A stretch of DNA of 64,000 bases from Bacilli bacterium (GCA_017548925.1 JAFYYX010000001.1:30829-94828); one strand, 5' to 3'. Numbered from the stretch's first letter, positions 28,801-37,798 are shown. Numbers and translations: made by a program. The notes: generated from the sequence alone by a model not told the origin.

Positions 28801-28986
28801 ATTATTTGTATAATTCAATATTGATTTATATATATTGTTTGCTTCGTATAAAGTATTTGTTACAACTAGTATGTTTCCATCAGTATTTTTATATTTGTTT
28901 AAAACGCAAAAAACGCTTAACTCAGTTGTTAAGCCGGATATAGATTTACCAGATTCATAATTTAAAAAATTAAAAATCTCTTCCAT
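25828..28986 (-). CDS. mfd: Transcription-repair coupling factor
   Basis: 1052 aa. DEAD/H helicase motifs (GDVGFGKTEVA, DEEQRFG), a UvrB-interaction domain and a TRCF C-terminal domain. Confidence 0.95.
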   Translation of the reverse strand: MEEIFNFLNYESGKSISGLTTELSVFCVLNKYKNTDGNILVVTNTLYEANNIYKSILNYTNNVAMFPMDDFITSVAIAVSPEFKASRLDVLNSNYKHHIIITNLMGYLRYLPQQHTYSESIIDIKIGSKISRDELVKKLNDLGYKRDSLVTSTGEFAVRGFVVDIFVMGSNYPVRIEFFDDEVESIKEFDYDTQMTTNKLSTLKITPFTEINDKEHSSLVDYINPDWVYYIDKPQIDAAYKKLVSDIVEYFERKDEEYQKIMFNFDDIQIKKFNYLNKLNYSTDDIDLNSKEASNYKGNFDLFKDDVDKLLLSNKKVYFCTKNKELKEKIASELSNRIKVLPIEVNKGFIVNNLAVFTSNDLEGTVDNKIKFKNSYHFGKKIKSSDQLEKGDYVVHVTYGICQYVGMINLTKNGISKDYIQLDFAGNDKIYVPVEKINNLYKYGDADGTPPKLNKLNSTTWAKTKAAIKKKINDISEKLIKLYKERSNVLSDAFVDVPEEDVFASEFIYELTKDQVRAISDINDDLRSRKPMDRLLCGDVGFGKTEVAFRAMFKTVFNNHQVMYLCPTTILSHQQYLCAVERFKNYPVEIALVNRFTTQKEYKNIVEGLKSGKIDMVFGTHRLLNDEIEFKKLGLLIIDEEQRFGVAHKEKIKEVKTNVNVLTLSATPIPRTMKMALSGVRDMSIIDTPPVDRYPIQTYVIEENDLLVKDAIYKELSRDGQVFILYNSVEHILNKANQIKKLAPDARICVAHGQMSKTDLEDIMNDFYDYKYDILICTTIIETGIDISNANTLIVYDSDKFGLSQLYQLRGRVGRSNKIAYTYLLYRPGKILTETASKRLEAIKEYTELGSGYKVAMKDLSIRGAGDIIGSEQAGFIDSIGISLYTKLISESLSGNDEDILEETNDTNSLVEVETHISDDYVSDEDIKIEIHQLINQVVSSETFNDVKSELENRFGKLPESLEIYMYEEWFDSMAKSCGITRVVQNERMVEITLPKNISQEIKGDLLFIEAMQISPNFKFKYANDCITIMFFIKKDDKHFLYYLVPLLEKII

Positions 28987-28987
28987 A

Positions 28988-29530
28988 TTACATTTTTTGA
29001 ACCTTTTCTATTCCACCATCAATAAAAGTGTTAATAACTTTAAAATAGTGTTCCATATCTTTATCTACTTGTAATAATTCCTTCTTAGTTAATTTACCAA
29101 GAACGTAATCTATAGTATTTATTTCATGTTCTTTTGCTAATCCTATTTTTAATCTTAAAAACTTATTAGTACCTAATCGATTAATAATAGATTTGATTCC
29201 GTTATGACCGCCATCAGAACTTTCATATTTAATTCTACTTTTTCCAAGTTCAATTGCAATATCATCTTGGATAACTAATAGATCATCAATATAAGCTTTA
29301 TAATACTTAATAATATCTCTAATAGCATCACCAGAATTATTCATATAAGTAAGTGGTTTTACAAAAACTACTTTTTCATCATTAATAACATCTTCATATA
29401 TTAATGCATTTTGTTTAGTCTTTTTCCACTTAACATCTCCAAGATATTTATCTAATACATAAAAACCGATATTATGTCTTGTTAATTCATATTTTTTTTC
29501 AGGATTACCAAGACCAACAATAATTTTCAT
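28988..29530 (-). CDS. pth: Peptidyl-tRNA hydrolase
   Basis: MKIIVGLGNPEKKYELTRHNIGF..HNG motifs. Confidence 0.9.
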   Translation of the reverse strand: MKIIVGLGNPEKKYELTRHNIGFYVLDKYLGDVKWKKTKQNALIYEDVINDEKVVFVKPLTYMNNSGDAIRDIIKYYKAYIDDLLVIQDDIAIELGKSRIKYESSDGGHNGIKSIINRLGTNKFLRLKIGLAKEHEINTIDYVLGKLTKKELLQVDKDMEHYFKVINTFIDGGIEKVQKM

Positions 29531-29534
29531 AAAA

Positions 29535-30248
29535 TCACTCCTTTCGAAATATATTTTTGAATGTTTTTCTATCCTGTATTGAAATAATAGGTCTTATTTT
29601 TATTCCAGGATTAGAACCTTTTACACATTTTACTAATACTAAAGTTGGTTCCTTACCATCTTTAGTAGATACTAACTGAATATTTTTTACATTAATATTA
29701 TATTTAAAACAACAGTTAATAATCTCATCTAATCTTTCAGGTCTATGAACTAAATATAATTCACCATCTTTTTGTAAAATATTTGAAGATATTTGAATTA
29801 TTTCATCTAAACTAATCAATAACTCATGTCTTGCAATAGCTTTTACTTTATCATCATTAATATATGATGTACTATCCTTCTTAAAATATGGTGGATTACA
29901 TACTATTACATCAATATTATTTCCTGGGAAATAATTTTTCACATCTTTAACATCAGAAAGAACGAGATTTATTTTATCACTTAATTTATTATATTCAATA
30001 GATTCTTTGCCTAATTCATATATTTCTTTTTGCACCTCAACGGCAGTGATCTTTGCATTTGTTTTGGTTGATAAGATCATTGACACAGCACAATTACCAG
30101 AACATAATTCTATAATGTTTTTAGTTCTATTTGTAAGATTAACATATTCGGCTAATAGTACCGAATCTAATGAAAATTTAAAATATTTATCATCTTGATA
30201 TATTTTTAAAGGTACATAATCATATAGATCATTTAACATTTTAGTCAT
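29535..30248 (-). CDS. tRNA (adenine37-N6)-methyltransferase-like SAM-dependent MTase (YabB/TrmN6-like)
   Basis: NPPY motif (VCNPPYFKK), a SAM-binding motif (IELCSGNCAVS) and synteny next to yaaT. Confidence 0.65.
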   Translation of the reverse strand: MTKMLNDLYDYVPLKIYQDDKYFKFSLDSVLLAEYVNLTNRTKNIIELCSGNCAVSMILSTKTNAKITAVEVQKEIYELGKESIEYNKLSDKINLVLSDVKDVKNYFPGNNIDVIVCNPPYFKKDSTSYINDDKVKAIARHELLISLDEIIQISSNILQKDGELYLVHRPERLDEIINCCFKYNINVKNIQLVSTKDGKEPTLVLVKCVKGSNPGIKIRPIISIQDRKTFKNIFRKE

Positions 30249-31018
30249 TAATCAACGAATACCTCTATTAATTCATCATCTACATTAATTACATACTTTT
30301 TACTTAATATATCAATGGAAACAACTGTTCCCTCTTTACCTTTATACTTCTTCTTTTGACCCACTTTTGGCATATTCTTAGAATATTCAGTATAAACATC
30401 ATCTTCATATGATAAGCAACATAAAAGTCTTCCACATGCTCCATTTATTTTAGATGGATTAAGAGCTAAGTTTTGATTCTTAGCCATATTCATTGTAACT
30501 GAATTTAGTTGTGTTAAGAATCTAGAACAGCAAAGAGTTTGTCCGCACTTTCCAATGCCACATACTTCTTTAGCTTTATCTCTTGCACCAACTTGATGGA
30601 GTTCAATTCTGGTTTTATAAATACTTGCGAGTTTTTTTGCTAAATCTCTAAAATCTACTCTATCATCAGAAACAAAGTTGATCATTAATGTATCTTTATC
30701 TAAAGTAAAATTTGCTGATAGCAATCTCATATCTAATTCTAATTTAGTTACTAAGTCTTTTGCTTTTTCAAATGCTTCCTTAGCATCTTTTAAATTAGAC
30801 ATGTATTTATCATAATCTTCATCAGTTGACTTTCTATATATTGATTTAATTTCGTTTATATTTATATCTTTTGTTACTTCCTTAGAATAAACAACTTTTG
30901 CAATTTGATAACCTTTATCTGTTTCTACTACAGCTAAATCACCTTTAACAAATTCTTCATTACTTTTAAAATTATATACTTTTCCATTATCATGAAAAAC
31001 TAATCCATATATTTTCAT
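30248..31018 (-). CDS. ricT: PSP1-domain protein YaaT/RicT (stage 0 sporulation / RNase Y regulator)
   Basis: PSP1 C-terminal Cys cluster (CGIGKCGQTLCCSRF...CGRLLCCL). Synteny holB-yaaT. Confidence 0.8.
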   Translation of the reverse strand: MKIYGLVFHDNGKVYNFKSNEEFVKGDLAVVETDKGYQIAKVVYSKEVTKDININEIKSIYRKSTDEDYDKYMSNLKDAKEAFEKAKDLVTKLELDMRLLSANFTLDKDTLMINFVSDDRVDFRDLAKKLASIYKTRIELHQVGARDKAKEVCGIGKCGQTLCCSRFLTQLNSVTMNMAKNQNLALNPSKINGACGRLLCCLSYEDDVYTEYSKNMPKVGQKKKYKGKEGTVVSIDILSKKYVINVDDELIEVFVD

Positions 31019-31803
31019 TATAATCTACCTACTTCTATAATCAGTTTATCTAATAATAAATTAACGTTACAATTTCTATTTATATTAGATTTCATATCAA
31101 TAATTAACTTTAAAATTTCATATTCTTTTTTAATTATATCAAAATTATTAAGCGTACTAATATAATTTTTAATTTTATCTATAACGCAATCAACAAAATT
31201 ATTAAAATCCAATATATTCTTATAAGTATCTGCAAAATACTTATTATCTATGATATTTAGATTATTATTTAAACTGTTTATAAATTTTAAAGCATCGTTT
31301 TTAATGTCTTCATCATAATCATGGTCTACATCATAAACTAATGATATGTATTGTGATCTACTTTGAATAGTTTGCATTACATTATTTACATTGTTACAGA
31401 TAAAAAAACCTAATATATCACATTCAGGTTCTTCTATAATTTTTAACATAGAATTTCCTGACTTTTGATTTAGTCTTTCTGCTTCACAAATAACAAAATA
31501 ATTTTCTTTTGTAATAACAGGTATTGCTTGTAATTTAGTAATTAATTCTTCGATAACATCTGTTTTTATCTCAGCTGTTTCGGGTCTAATTACTGATAAT
31601 GTAGGCAAAGAATCACTTTGAATAAGTTTTTCTATATCATTATCAGTTGACCCTTGATTGATTTTAATTATAAGGTTTTTAATATCATTAAGTGCTAATT
31701 CAATATCATTTGTTTCAACCAAATAAACGTGAGAATTTTTATTCTCACGGTATTTATTATATATATTATTTAACTTTTCTTCATTTTTCATATAAAACCT
31801 CAA
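31018..31803 (-). CDS. holB: DNA polymerase III delta' subunit (divergent)
   Basis: SHVYLVE approximates the SHAYLFEG motif, with a C-terminal helical domain and a syntenic position upstream of yaaT. Degenerate P-loop, as is usual for delta'. Confidence 0.55.
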   Translation of the reverse strand: MRFYMKNEEKLNNIYNKYRENKNSHVYLVETNDIELALNDIKNLIIKINQGSTDNDIEKLIQSDSLPTLSVIRPETAEIKTDVIEELITKLQAIPVITKENYFVICEAERLNQKSGNSMLKIIEEPECDILGFFICNNVNNVMQTIQSRSQYISLVYDVDHDYDEDIKNDALKFINSLNNNLNIIDNKYFADTYKNILDFNNFVDCVIDKIKNYISTLNNFDIIKKEYEILKLIIDMKSNINRNCNVNLLLDKLIIEVGRL

Positions 31804-31994
31804 ATTAAAAAATATATTAAATTAATTGATATTATACCAGGTATTCCAAAAACAACAATTAGAAAAATTGAAATTATATTTATTGGTATAAATATTAAAA
31901 AACTTCCACATATAAAATTAAAACAATTTATTATTAAAAACGCACATATAATTCTTTTTAATACTTTATATATTAATTTTTGAATAACCATCAT
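31800..31994 (-). CDS. Small hydrophobic protein (2 TM), unknown
   Basis: 64-aa ORF. Its stop overlaps the holB start (ATGA). Composition could also be AT-bias noise. Confidence 0.3.
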   Translation of the reverse strand: MMVIQKLIYKVLKRIICAFLIINCFNFICGSFLIFIPINIISIFLIVVFGIPGIISINLIYFLI

Positions 31995-32021
31995 ATCTAA
32001 TTTTATTATTTAAGATATTTT

Positions 32022-32630
32022 TTATGCTTCGTCTTCAATCTCTCTTCTGTCATCTAAAGCTTTGTTTAAAGATATCATATCAATATAATCAAGACTCATT
32101 CCAAGAGGAACACCATATGATAATCTAGTTACTTTTACATTATATTTAGATAATACTCTTTTTAAATAAAGCATTGTCATTTCTCCCTCTATTGAAGAAG
32201 TTAAAGCTATTATTACTTCTGGATTATCCATATTCTTAATTCTTTCTACTAAAGAATCAATGTTTAAATCTTCAGGATTAATATTATCCATCGGATTAAT
32301 TAATCCCCCAAGCACATGATATGTGCCATCAAAAATGTTATTCTTTTCAAATGAAAAAACACTTTTAAAATCTTCTAAAACGCAGATAATATTATGGTTT
32401 CTATCAGGATTAGAACATATTTCACATATTTCGTTATCAGAAATATTACCACACACAGAACATTTTTTAATAGATTCTTTTAAATGTAATAAATTATCAG
32501 ATAGTTTAGATAATGTTTTATCATCCATCTCATATGTTGAAAGAGCTAATCTAACAGCATTTTTTTCACCTATTCCAGGAAGAGATTTATAAAAATCTAT
32601 TAAATCATTAAGTTTTTCAGGATATTTCAT
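32022..32630 (-). CDS. recR: Recombination protein RecR
   Basis: LPGIG.K.A.R.A, a C4 zinc finger (CSVCGNISDNEICEIC) and a Toprim domain. Confidence 0.95.
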   Translation of the reverse strand: MKYPEKLNDLIDFYKSLPGIGEKNAVRLALSTYEMDDKTLSKLSDNLLHLKESIKKCSVCGNISDNEICEICSNPDRNHNIICVLEDFKSVFSFEKNNIFDGTYHVLGGLINPMDNINPEDLNIDSLVERIKNMDNPEVIIALTSSIEGEMTMLYLKRVLSKYNVKVTRLSYGVPLGMSLDYIDMISLNKALDDRREIEDEA

Positions 32631-32932
32631 TAAAATAATCCGCCTAAGCCGCCTGCATTATATGATCCTAATTGTTTTTCAGTTTCTTTGTTGATCTTAT
32701 TAATTACATCATTTACTGCAATTTTAATCATATCTTCTAATGCTTCTACATCATCAGAATCAAGGCTACCTTCACATTTAATATTAACTGATAATATTTC
32801 TTTCTTACCTGACATCTTAACATCTACAAGTTCAGAATTACCATCAAACTCCATATTATCAATTTCTTCTTTTTTCTTTGTTATATCTCTTTGCATTTTT
32901 TGTGCTTGAGCCATTAAAGCTTGCATATTCAT
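32630..32932 (-). CDS. ybaB: Nucleoid-associated protein YbaB/EbfC
   Basis: MNMQALMAQAQKMQRD and C-terminal GGLGGLF. 100 aa. Confidence 0.9.
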   Translation of the reverse strand: MNMQALMAQAQKMQRDITKKKEEIDNMEFDGNSELVDVKMSGKKEILSVNIKCEGSLDSDDVEALEDMIKIAVNDVINKINKETEKQLGSYNAGGLGGLF

Positions 32933-32936
32933 TTTA

Positions 32937-34544
32937 TTATTCCTCCACTACTATATTATTTTCACCAAATATGTTATTTGCTAAATCTTCGATTTCACTC
33001 TTTTTTTCTTCAAGTTTTGGTTCTTCAATATATTCATACTTAATTTTTTTATTAGTTTTGTCTTTATAATCACTTACTAATTCGTTCCATTTATTCTTGT
33101 CAACGAATACTATTTTTTTATCTAGTGATAAATCAGCTATAATTTTTGATTCTTTTTCATTTAATAATTTAGCTGAAGCATCAGAATCACAAACAAATAA
33201 AATATTTGTTGCAGATACTACACCTACTTCAGTATCAATAAATAAAGAATATATATCAGAATCATTCTTTAATTTTTCAATTAGTTCAGAAAGATTTTTT
33301 TCTAAATCACTTTTCATTTTCTTATTTGCATTAGCAAATGAGTTATTAATTCTAATATTAATAATATCTAAGTTGTTGTTTACACTAGGTAAATTATTTG
33401 TTTCTTTTACTTCATTATTTATTTCCTGGGAAATATTTTTTTCTTCTTTTTCAACAATAATTTCAGTTTTATCATTATTATCAAGTTTCTTTTCATCCAA
33501 AATATTATTACTATCAGAAACATCGTTAATGACATTATCACAGGCCAAATTAGATACTATTATCATCTTTATTACATCATAATAATTAAAATTAACTTTA
33601 AAGTTATCAATTTTTATTGTTTCAAATACTATATTTTTAAGATTAGGTACTTTAGAACTGTCATTAATAGAACATATTTTGTTTGTTAAGACACTAATGA
33701 ATTTACTTACAAAAGATTTTTCATTAAATCCAAATTCTTTCAATGAATCAAAAATTTTTTTAATATTAGCAACATCATTATTGATAATTGATTCAACTAA
33801 GTTAACAATTACTGATTCTGAAACAATTCCAAATTGTTCATTTAATAAATCAGCATTAATAGGTTTATTTAGTGTAATTAATTGATCAAGGATACTTAAA
33901 GCATCTCTTAACCCACCATCAGATAAATCAGCTATTTCTTTAACAACATCATCATCTAATTCCATTTTTTCTTGCTGAAGAACATAATTTATTCTATCTA
34001 CTAAAGCTTTTTTAGAAATTTTGCTAAAAGCAAATTGTTGGCATCTTGATAAAATTGTTTGTGGAAGACTCTCTGGATTAGTTGTAGCTAAAATGAATAT
34101 TGCATGACTAGGAGGTTCTTCCAATGTTAATAAAAATGCATTTGCAGCACTTGGAGTAAGCATATGAACTTCATCAATAATGTATATTTTATATTTAGAA
34201 CCAGCTGGTGCTAATTTTACATTATTTACTATTTCTCTAATATCCTCCACTTTATTATTAGAAGCTGCGTCTAATTCAATAATATCTGGATTTTTATCAA
34301 AATTTAAACAAGAATCACATTTTCCACATGGTTCTCCATCTTTTGGATTTACACAATTAATTGCTTTGGCAAATACTTTTGCTGTAGATGTTTTACCAGT
34401 TCCTTTTGGACCAGAAAAGATATATGCATGTGAAATTTTATTGTTAATAATTGATTCCTTTAATGTATCAGTTATAAATTTTTGATCTACAATGTCATTA
34501 AAGTTGGATGGTCGATATTTTCTGTATAAAACCTTATAACTCAT
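32937..34544 (-). CDS. dnaX: DNA polymerase III subunits gamma/tau
   Basis: YRKYRP..F.D..GQ, GPKGTGKTS Walker A and a CxxC zinc module (CGKCDSC). Confidence 0.9.
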   Translation of the reverse strand: MSYKVLYRKYRPSNFNDIVDQKFITDTLKESIINNKISHAYIFSGPKGTGKTSTAKVFAKAINCVNPKDGEPCGKCDSCLNFDKNPDIIELDAASNNKVEDIREIVNNVKLAPAGSKYKIYIIDEVHMLTPSAANAFLLTLEEPPSHAIFILATTNPESLPQTILSRCQQFAFSKISKKALVDRINYVLQQEKMELDDDVVKEIADLSDGGLRDALSILDQLITLNKPINADLLNEQFGIVSESVIVNLVESIINNDVANIKKIFDSLKEFGFNEKSFVSKFISVLTNKICSINDSSKVPNLKNIVFETIKIDNFKVNFNYYDVIKMIIVSNLACDNVINDVSDSNNILDEKKLDNNDKTEIIVEKEEKNISQEINNEVKETNNLPSVNNNLDIINIRINNSFANANKKMKSDLEKNLSELIEKLKNDSDIYSLFIDTEVGVVSATNILFVCDSDASAKLLNEKESKIIADLSLDKKIVFVDKNKWNELVSDYKDKTNKKIKYEYIEEPKLEEKKSEIEDLANNIFGENNIVVEE

Positions 34545-34585
34545 ACATTCTCACCTCGCATTAATTATACCATAAAATGCCCATT

Positions 34586-34999
34586 TTATCGCAATTTATT
34601 AAAGAAACTTTGCAACATTTTTTGACACTTTTCAGTATATAAATTTTGTTGATAAATATACTTGGTTTTATTGTATTCTTTTTTTGATTCAAGTCGTTCA
34701 GTAAGATAATATACATTACTAATTCTTGCATTGTTAATAACTTTAGTGCACATTTCGCACGGTTTTAAAGTAACATATAAGTCGCAATCATATAAAAAAT
34801 ATGATTTAAGTTTCTTGTTAGCTTTAAGTATTGCATCTATCTCAGCATGATTGATAATTTTATTTTCCTTTTCACGTTTATTATAACTTTTAGAAACAAT
34901 CTTATTATTTTTAACAATAATAGCACCTACTGGTACATCTCCGTATTTCAATGATTTTTCGGATAATTTAACTAATTTATCATAAATATTCATTTTCAT
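34586..34999 (-). CDS. tadA: tRNA-specific adenosine deaminase
   Basis: HAE...PCEMC CDA-fold zinc motif. 137 aa. Synteny tadA-ffs-dnaX. Confidence 0.85.
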   Translation of the reverse strand: MKMNIYDKLVKLSEKSLKYGDVPVGAIIVKNNKIVSKSYNKREKENKIINHAEIDAILKANKKLKSYFLYDCDLYVTLKPCEMCTKVINNARISNVYYLTERLESKKEYNKTKYIYQQNLYTEKCQKMLQSFFNKLR

Positions 35000-35011
35000 A
35001 ATTCACCTACA

Positions 35012-35092
35012 TAAAAAAAGTGCACACAAACAGGGATTGACGTGGCTGCTTTCTTCCGAATCTGACCAGATTACAATATATTTGTTGCACGT
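35012..35092 (-). ncRNA. ffs: Signal recognition particle RNA, small (4.5S-like) form
   Basis: Minus strand reads GUGCAACAAAUAUAUUGUAAUCUGGUCAGAUUCGGAAGAAAGCAGCCACGUCAAUCCCUGUUUGUGUGCAC-U7. Domain IV consensus GGUCAG-N3-CGGAAG-N-AAGCAGCCA is present. The 5' and 3' ends pair (GUGCA.ACAAA with UUUGU.GUGCAC) and are followed by a U-run. GC-rich island. An upstream TTGATA-17-TATTTT promoter is present. Confidence 0.75.
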
Positions 35093-35136
35093 TATTAAAA
35101 TAACATATCAATTAATAAATATCAAATAATTAATTA

Positions 35137-35152
35137 TGTTCCACGTGGAACT
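35137..35152. promoter_or_regulatory. parS: parS site 1 (TGTTCCACGTGGAACT, 15/16 palindromic)
   Basis: Matches the Firmicute parS consensus TGTTNCACGTGAAACA in both half-sites. About 9 kb from oriC. Confidence 0.7.
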
Positions 35153-35179
35153 ATAAATATAATTATTTAAAATTATTAA

Positions 35180-35195
35180 TGTTCCACGTGGAACA
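35180..35195. promoter_or_regulatory. parS: parS site 2 (TGTTCCACGTGGAACA, perfect 16-bp palindrome)
   Basis: Perfect palindrome matching parS half-site TGTTCCAC twice. 43 bp from site 1, between the gyrA terminator and the ffs promoter. Confidence 0.75.
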
Positions 35196-35198
35196 TAA

Positions 35199-35226
35199 AA
35201 AAAGATGAGTTACTACTCATCTTTTA
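35199..35226 (-). terminator. gyrA terminator (agatgagt tact actcatct plus T-run on the minus strand)
   Basis: 8-bp stem overlapping the gyrA stop codon. A7 on plus equals U7 on minus. Confidence 0.6.
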
Positions 35227-37798
35227 CTTCAGTTGGTTCAGCAACTTCTAGATCATTAGTATCTAAACTATCATCAGATTCTTTATCTACTAAACTTACT
35301 GTAGCTACTTTTTGTTCATCTTTAAGATTAATTAATCTTACACCTTGAGTTGCTCTACCTAAAACGGATACTTGATCCAAACTCATTCTCATAGTCATAC
35401 CAGAATCAGTCATAATAATAGCATCTGGTTCACCATAAATAAGTTTAACTGCAACTATATGTCCATTTTTGTCAGTAATGTTGATAGCTTTAACACCTTT
35501 ACTACCTCTGTTAGTTTCTCTGTAGTCATTTACTCTAGATTTCTTACCATATCCATTTTCTGTAACTATTAAAATTATGTCATCATCTCTAACTACTTCA
35601 AGACTAATACATTTGCTATCAGCTAAATTAATACCTCTTACACCAGCAGCTGTTCTACCCATTACACGAACGTTATCTTCTTTAAACTTAACCATTCTTC
35701 CTGCATCTGATGCCATCATAATCATTTCTTCTCCTGATGTTGGTTTAACAGCAAGTAATTCATCGTTATCTTTTAGTGTAATTGCAATTTTTCCTGAGTT
35801 TCTAATATTTTCAAACTCTCCTATTGGAGTACGTTTAATAATACCATTCTTAGTAGCAAATGCTAAATAGTTGATATTATCGTTTGTTGATATCTTTAAC
35901 ATACTGCAAATAAATTCGTCTTTATCAATTTGAAGTAAGTTGACAATAGGTAAACCTTTACCTTGTCTAGAATATTCAGGTACTTCATAACCTTTAAGTC
36001 TATAAACTCTACCTTTATTACTAAAGAATAGTACATAATCATGTGTTGATAAGTTAATTAAGTGATCAACTTTATCATCTTCATTAGTTGTCATACCTTT
36101 AACTCCTACACCACCACGGTTTTGTGTCTTGTATGTAGAAGATGGAACACGTTTAATATATCCCTTTTCAGTAAGTGAGATAATAATATTTTCTTCAGGT
36201 ATTAATGATTCATCCTCAATATAATCAACTGCTGTCATATCAATTGTTGTTCTTCGATCATCGGAATATTTACGCTTAATTTCAGACATTTCGTCTTTAA
36301 TTATACCCATTACTTTTTCTTCACTTGCTAGAATTGAACGTAATTCTTCAATTGTTTTATGTAATTCTTCTAAATGATTTTCAATATCTTCTCTAGCTAA
36401 TCCAGTTAATCTTCTTAACTTCATTTCTAGAATGGCTTGTGATTGAATTTCATCTAAACCAAATTTTTCCATTAAGCCAGATTTAGCTTCATCATCAGTT
36501 TTAGATGCTTTAATTAATTTAATAATTTCATCAATATTATCTAAAGCAATCTTTAATCCTTCATAAATATGAGCTTCTTCTTCAGCTTTCTTTAAATCAA
36601 ATTTAGTTCTTCTAATAATAACTTCTTTTTGATGATCAATATATTTTGAAATAATATCTTTTAGACCTAGTGTTTTAGGCGTTTTATCATCAATCATTAA
36701 TAAAATTATTCCATAACTAACTTGGAAGTTAGTAAGTTTAAATAATTTGTTTAAAACTACTTGTGCATTTGCATCTCTTTTAAGAGTAATTGTAATTTTT
36801 AAACCATTTTTAAGATCTGTGTGATAATCAGATATACCATCAATTATCTTATTGTGGACAAGTTCAGCAACTCTATTCTTAAGATCTTGTGTATTAACTC
36901 CATATGGAACTTCAGTTATTACTATATTTTGATGTGTTCCTTTATCTTCGATTTCTGCCTTACTTCTAATAGTAATTGTTCCTCTACCAGTTTCATATGC
37001 TTTTTTAATACCACTATTTCCTAAAATAATACCACCTGTTGGAAAATCAGGTCCTTTAATGTATTGCATTAAACCTAAAGTATCAATTTCAGGATTATCA
37101 ATATATGCTATACATCCATCAATAACTTCTCCTAAATTATGTGGAGGAATGTTGGTAGCCATACCAACAGCAATACCCATAGTACCATTAACTAAGATAT
37201 TAGGAAATTTAGATGGAAGAACTACTGGTTCTTCGTAAACTTCATCAAAGTTAGGTATCATATCTACAGTATCTTTTCTAATATCTCTTAAAAGTTCAAG
37301 AGAAATCTTAGATAATCTTGACTCTGTATAACGGTAAGCAGCAGCACCATCACCTTCGATGTTACCAAAGTTACCATGACCATCAATTAACATATATCTT
37401 TCATTGAAATCTTGAGCAAGTCTTACCATAGCTTCATAAATTGATGAGTCACCATGTGGATGGTAACGACCCATAACATTACCTACAGTAGTAGCACATT
37501 TTCTATGAGGTTTATCTGGAGTATAACCATTTTCATACATTGACCATAAAATACGTCTATGTACTGGTTTTAAACCATCTCTTAAATCCGGAATTGCACG
37601 AGATGTAATTACAGATACAGAATAGTCAATAAATGATTTTTTTATTTCTTTTACAATGTTATTTTCGATGAAACTATCTCTTTCATGAAATTCTCCACCA
37701 TAATTAGTTTCTTCTTCAATAGTGTTCTCTTCTACTTCTTCAGTTACTTCAGTATTTTCAACTGGAGTTTCTTCAACTTTTATTTCTTCATTATCCAT
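35213..37798 (-). CDS. gyrA: DNA gyrase subunit A
   Basis: 861 aa. Active-site region AAMRYTE approximates AAYRYTE, with six C-terminal beta-pinwheel repeats. There is an acidic N-terminal extension of about 25 aa. Confidence 0.97.
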   Translation of the reverse strand: MDNEEIKVEETPVENTEVTEEVEENTIEEETNYGGEFHERDSFIENNIVKEIKKSFIDYSVSVITSRAIPDLRDGLKPVHRRILWSMYENGYTPDKPHRKCATTVGNVMGRYHPHGDSSIYEAMVRLAQDFNERYMLIDGHGNFGNIEGDGAAAYRYTESRLSKISLELLRDIRKDTVDMIPNFDEVYEEPVVLPSKFPNILVNGTMGIAVGMATNIPPHNLGEVIDGCIAYIDNPEIDTLGLMQYIKGPDFPTGGIILGNSGIKKAYETGRGTITIRSKAEIEDKGTHQNIVITEVPYGVNTQDLKNRVAELVHNKIIDGISDYHTDLKNGLKITITLKRDANAQVVLNKLFKLTNFQVSYGIILLMIDDKTPKTLGLKDIISKYIDHQKEVIIRRTKFDLKKAEEEAHIYEGLKIALDNIDEIIKLIKASKTDDEAKSGLMEKFGLDEIQSQAILEMKLRRLTGLAREDIENHLEELHKTIEELRSILASEEKVMGIIKDEMSEIKRKYSDDRRTTIDMTAVDYIEDESLIPEENIIISLTEKGYIKRVPSSTYKTQNRGGVGVKGMTTNEDDKVDHLINLSTHDYVLFFSNKGRVYRLKGYEVPEYSRQGKGLPIVNLLQIDKDEFICSMLKISTNDNINYLAFATKNGIIKRTPIGEFENIRNSGKIAITLKDNDELLAVKPTSGEEMIMMASDAGRMVKFKEDNVRVMGRTAAGVRGINLADSKCISLEVVRDDDIILIVTENGYGKKSRVNDYRETNRGSKGVKAINITDKNGHIVAVKLIYGEPDAIIMTDSGMTMRMSLDQVSVLGRATQGVRLINLKDEQKVATVSLVDKESDDSLDTNDLEVAEPTEVKDE

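Noticed and set aside
32688-33582. Several plus-strand ORFs (73, 63, 161 aa) antisense to ybaB/dnaX
   Set aside because: Ser/Phe/Leu/Ile-rich low-complexity translations of the reverse strand of real genes. No start signals.
35137-35195. The tandem palindromes as a LexA/SOS box or an intrinsic terminator
   Set aside because: Cheo box is GAAC-N4-GTTC, which is the opposite half-site order. No U-run follows either palindrome on either strand. The sequence matches parS in both half-sites.
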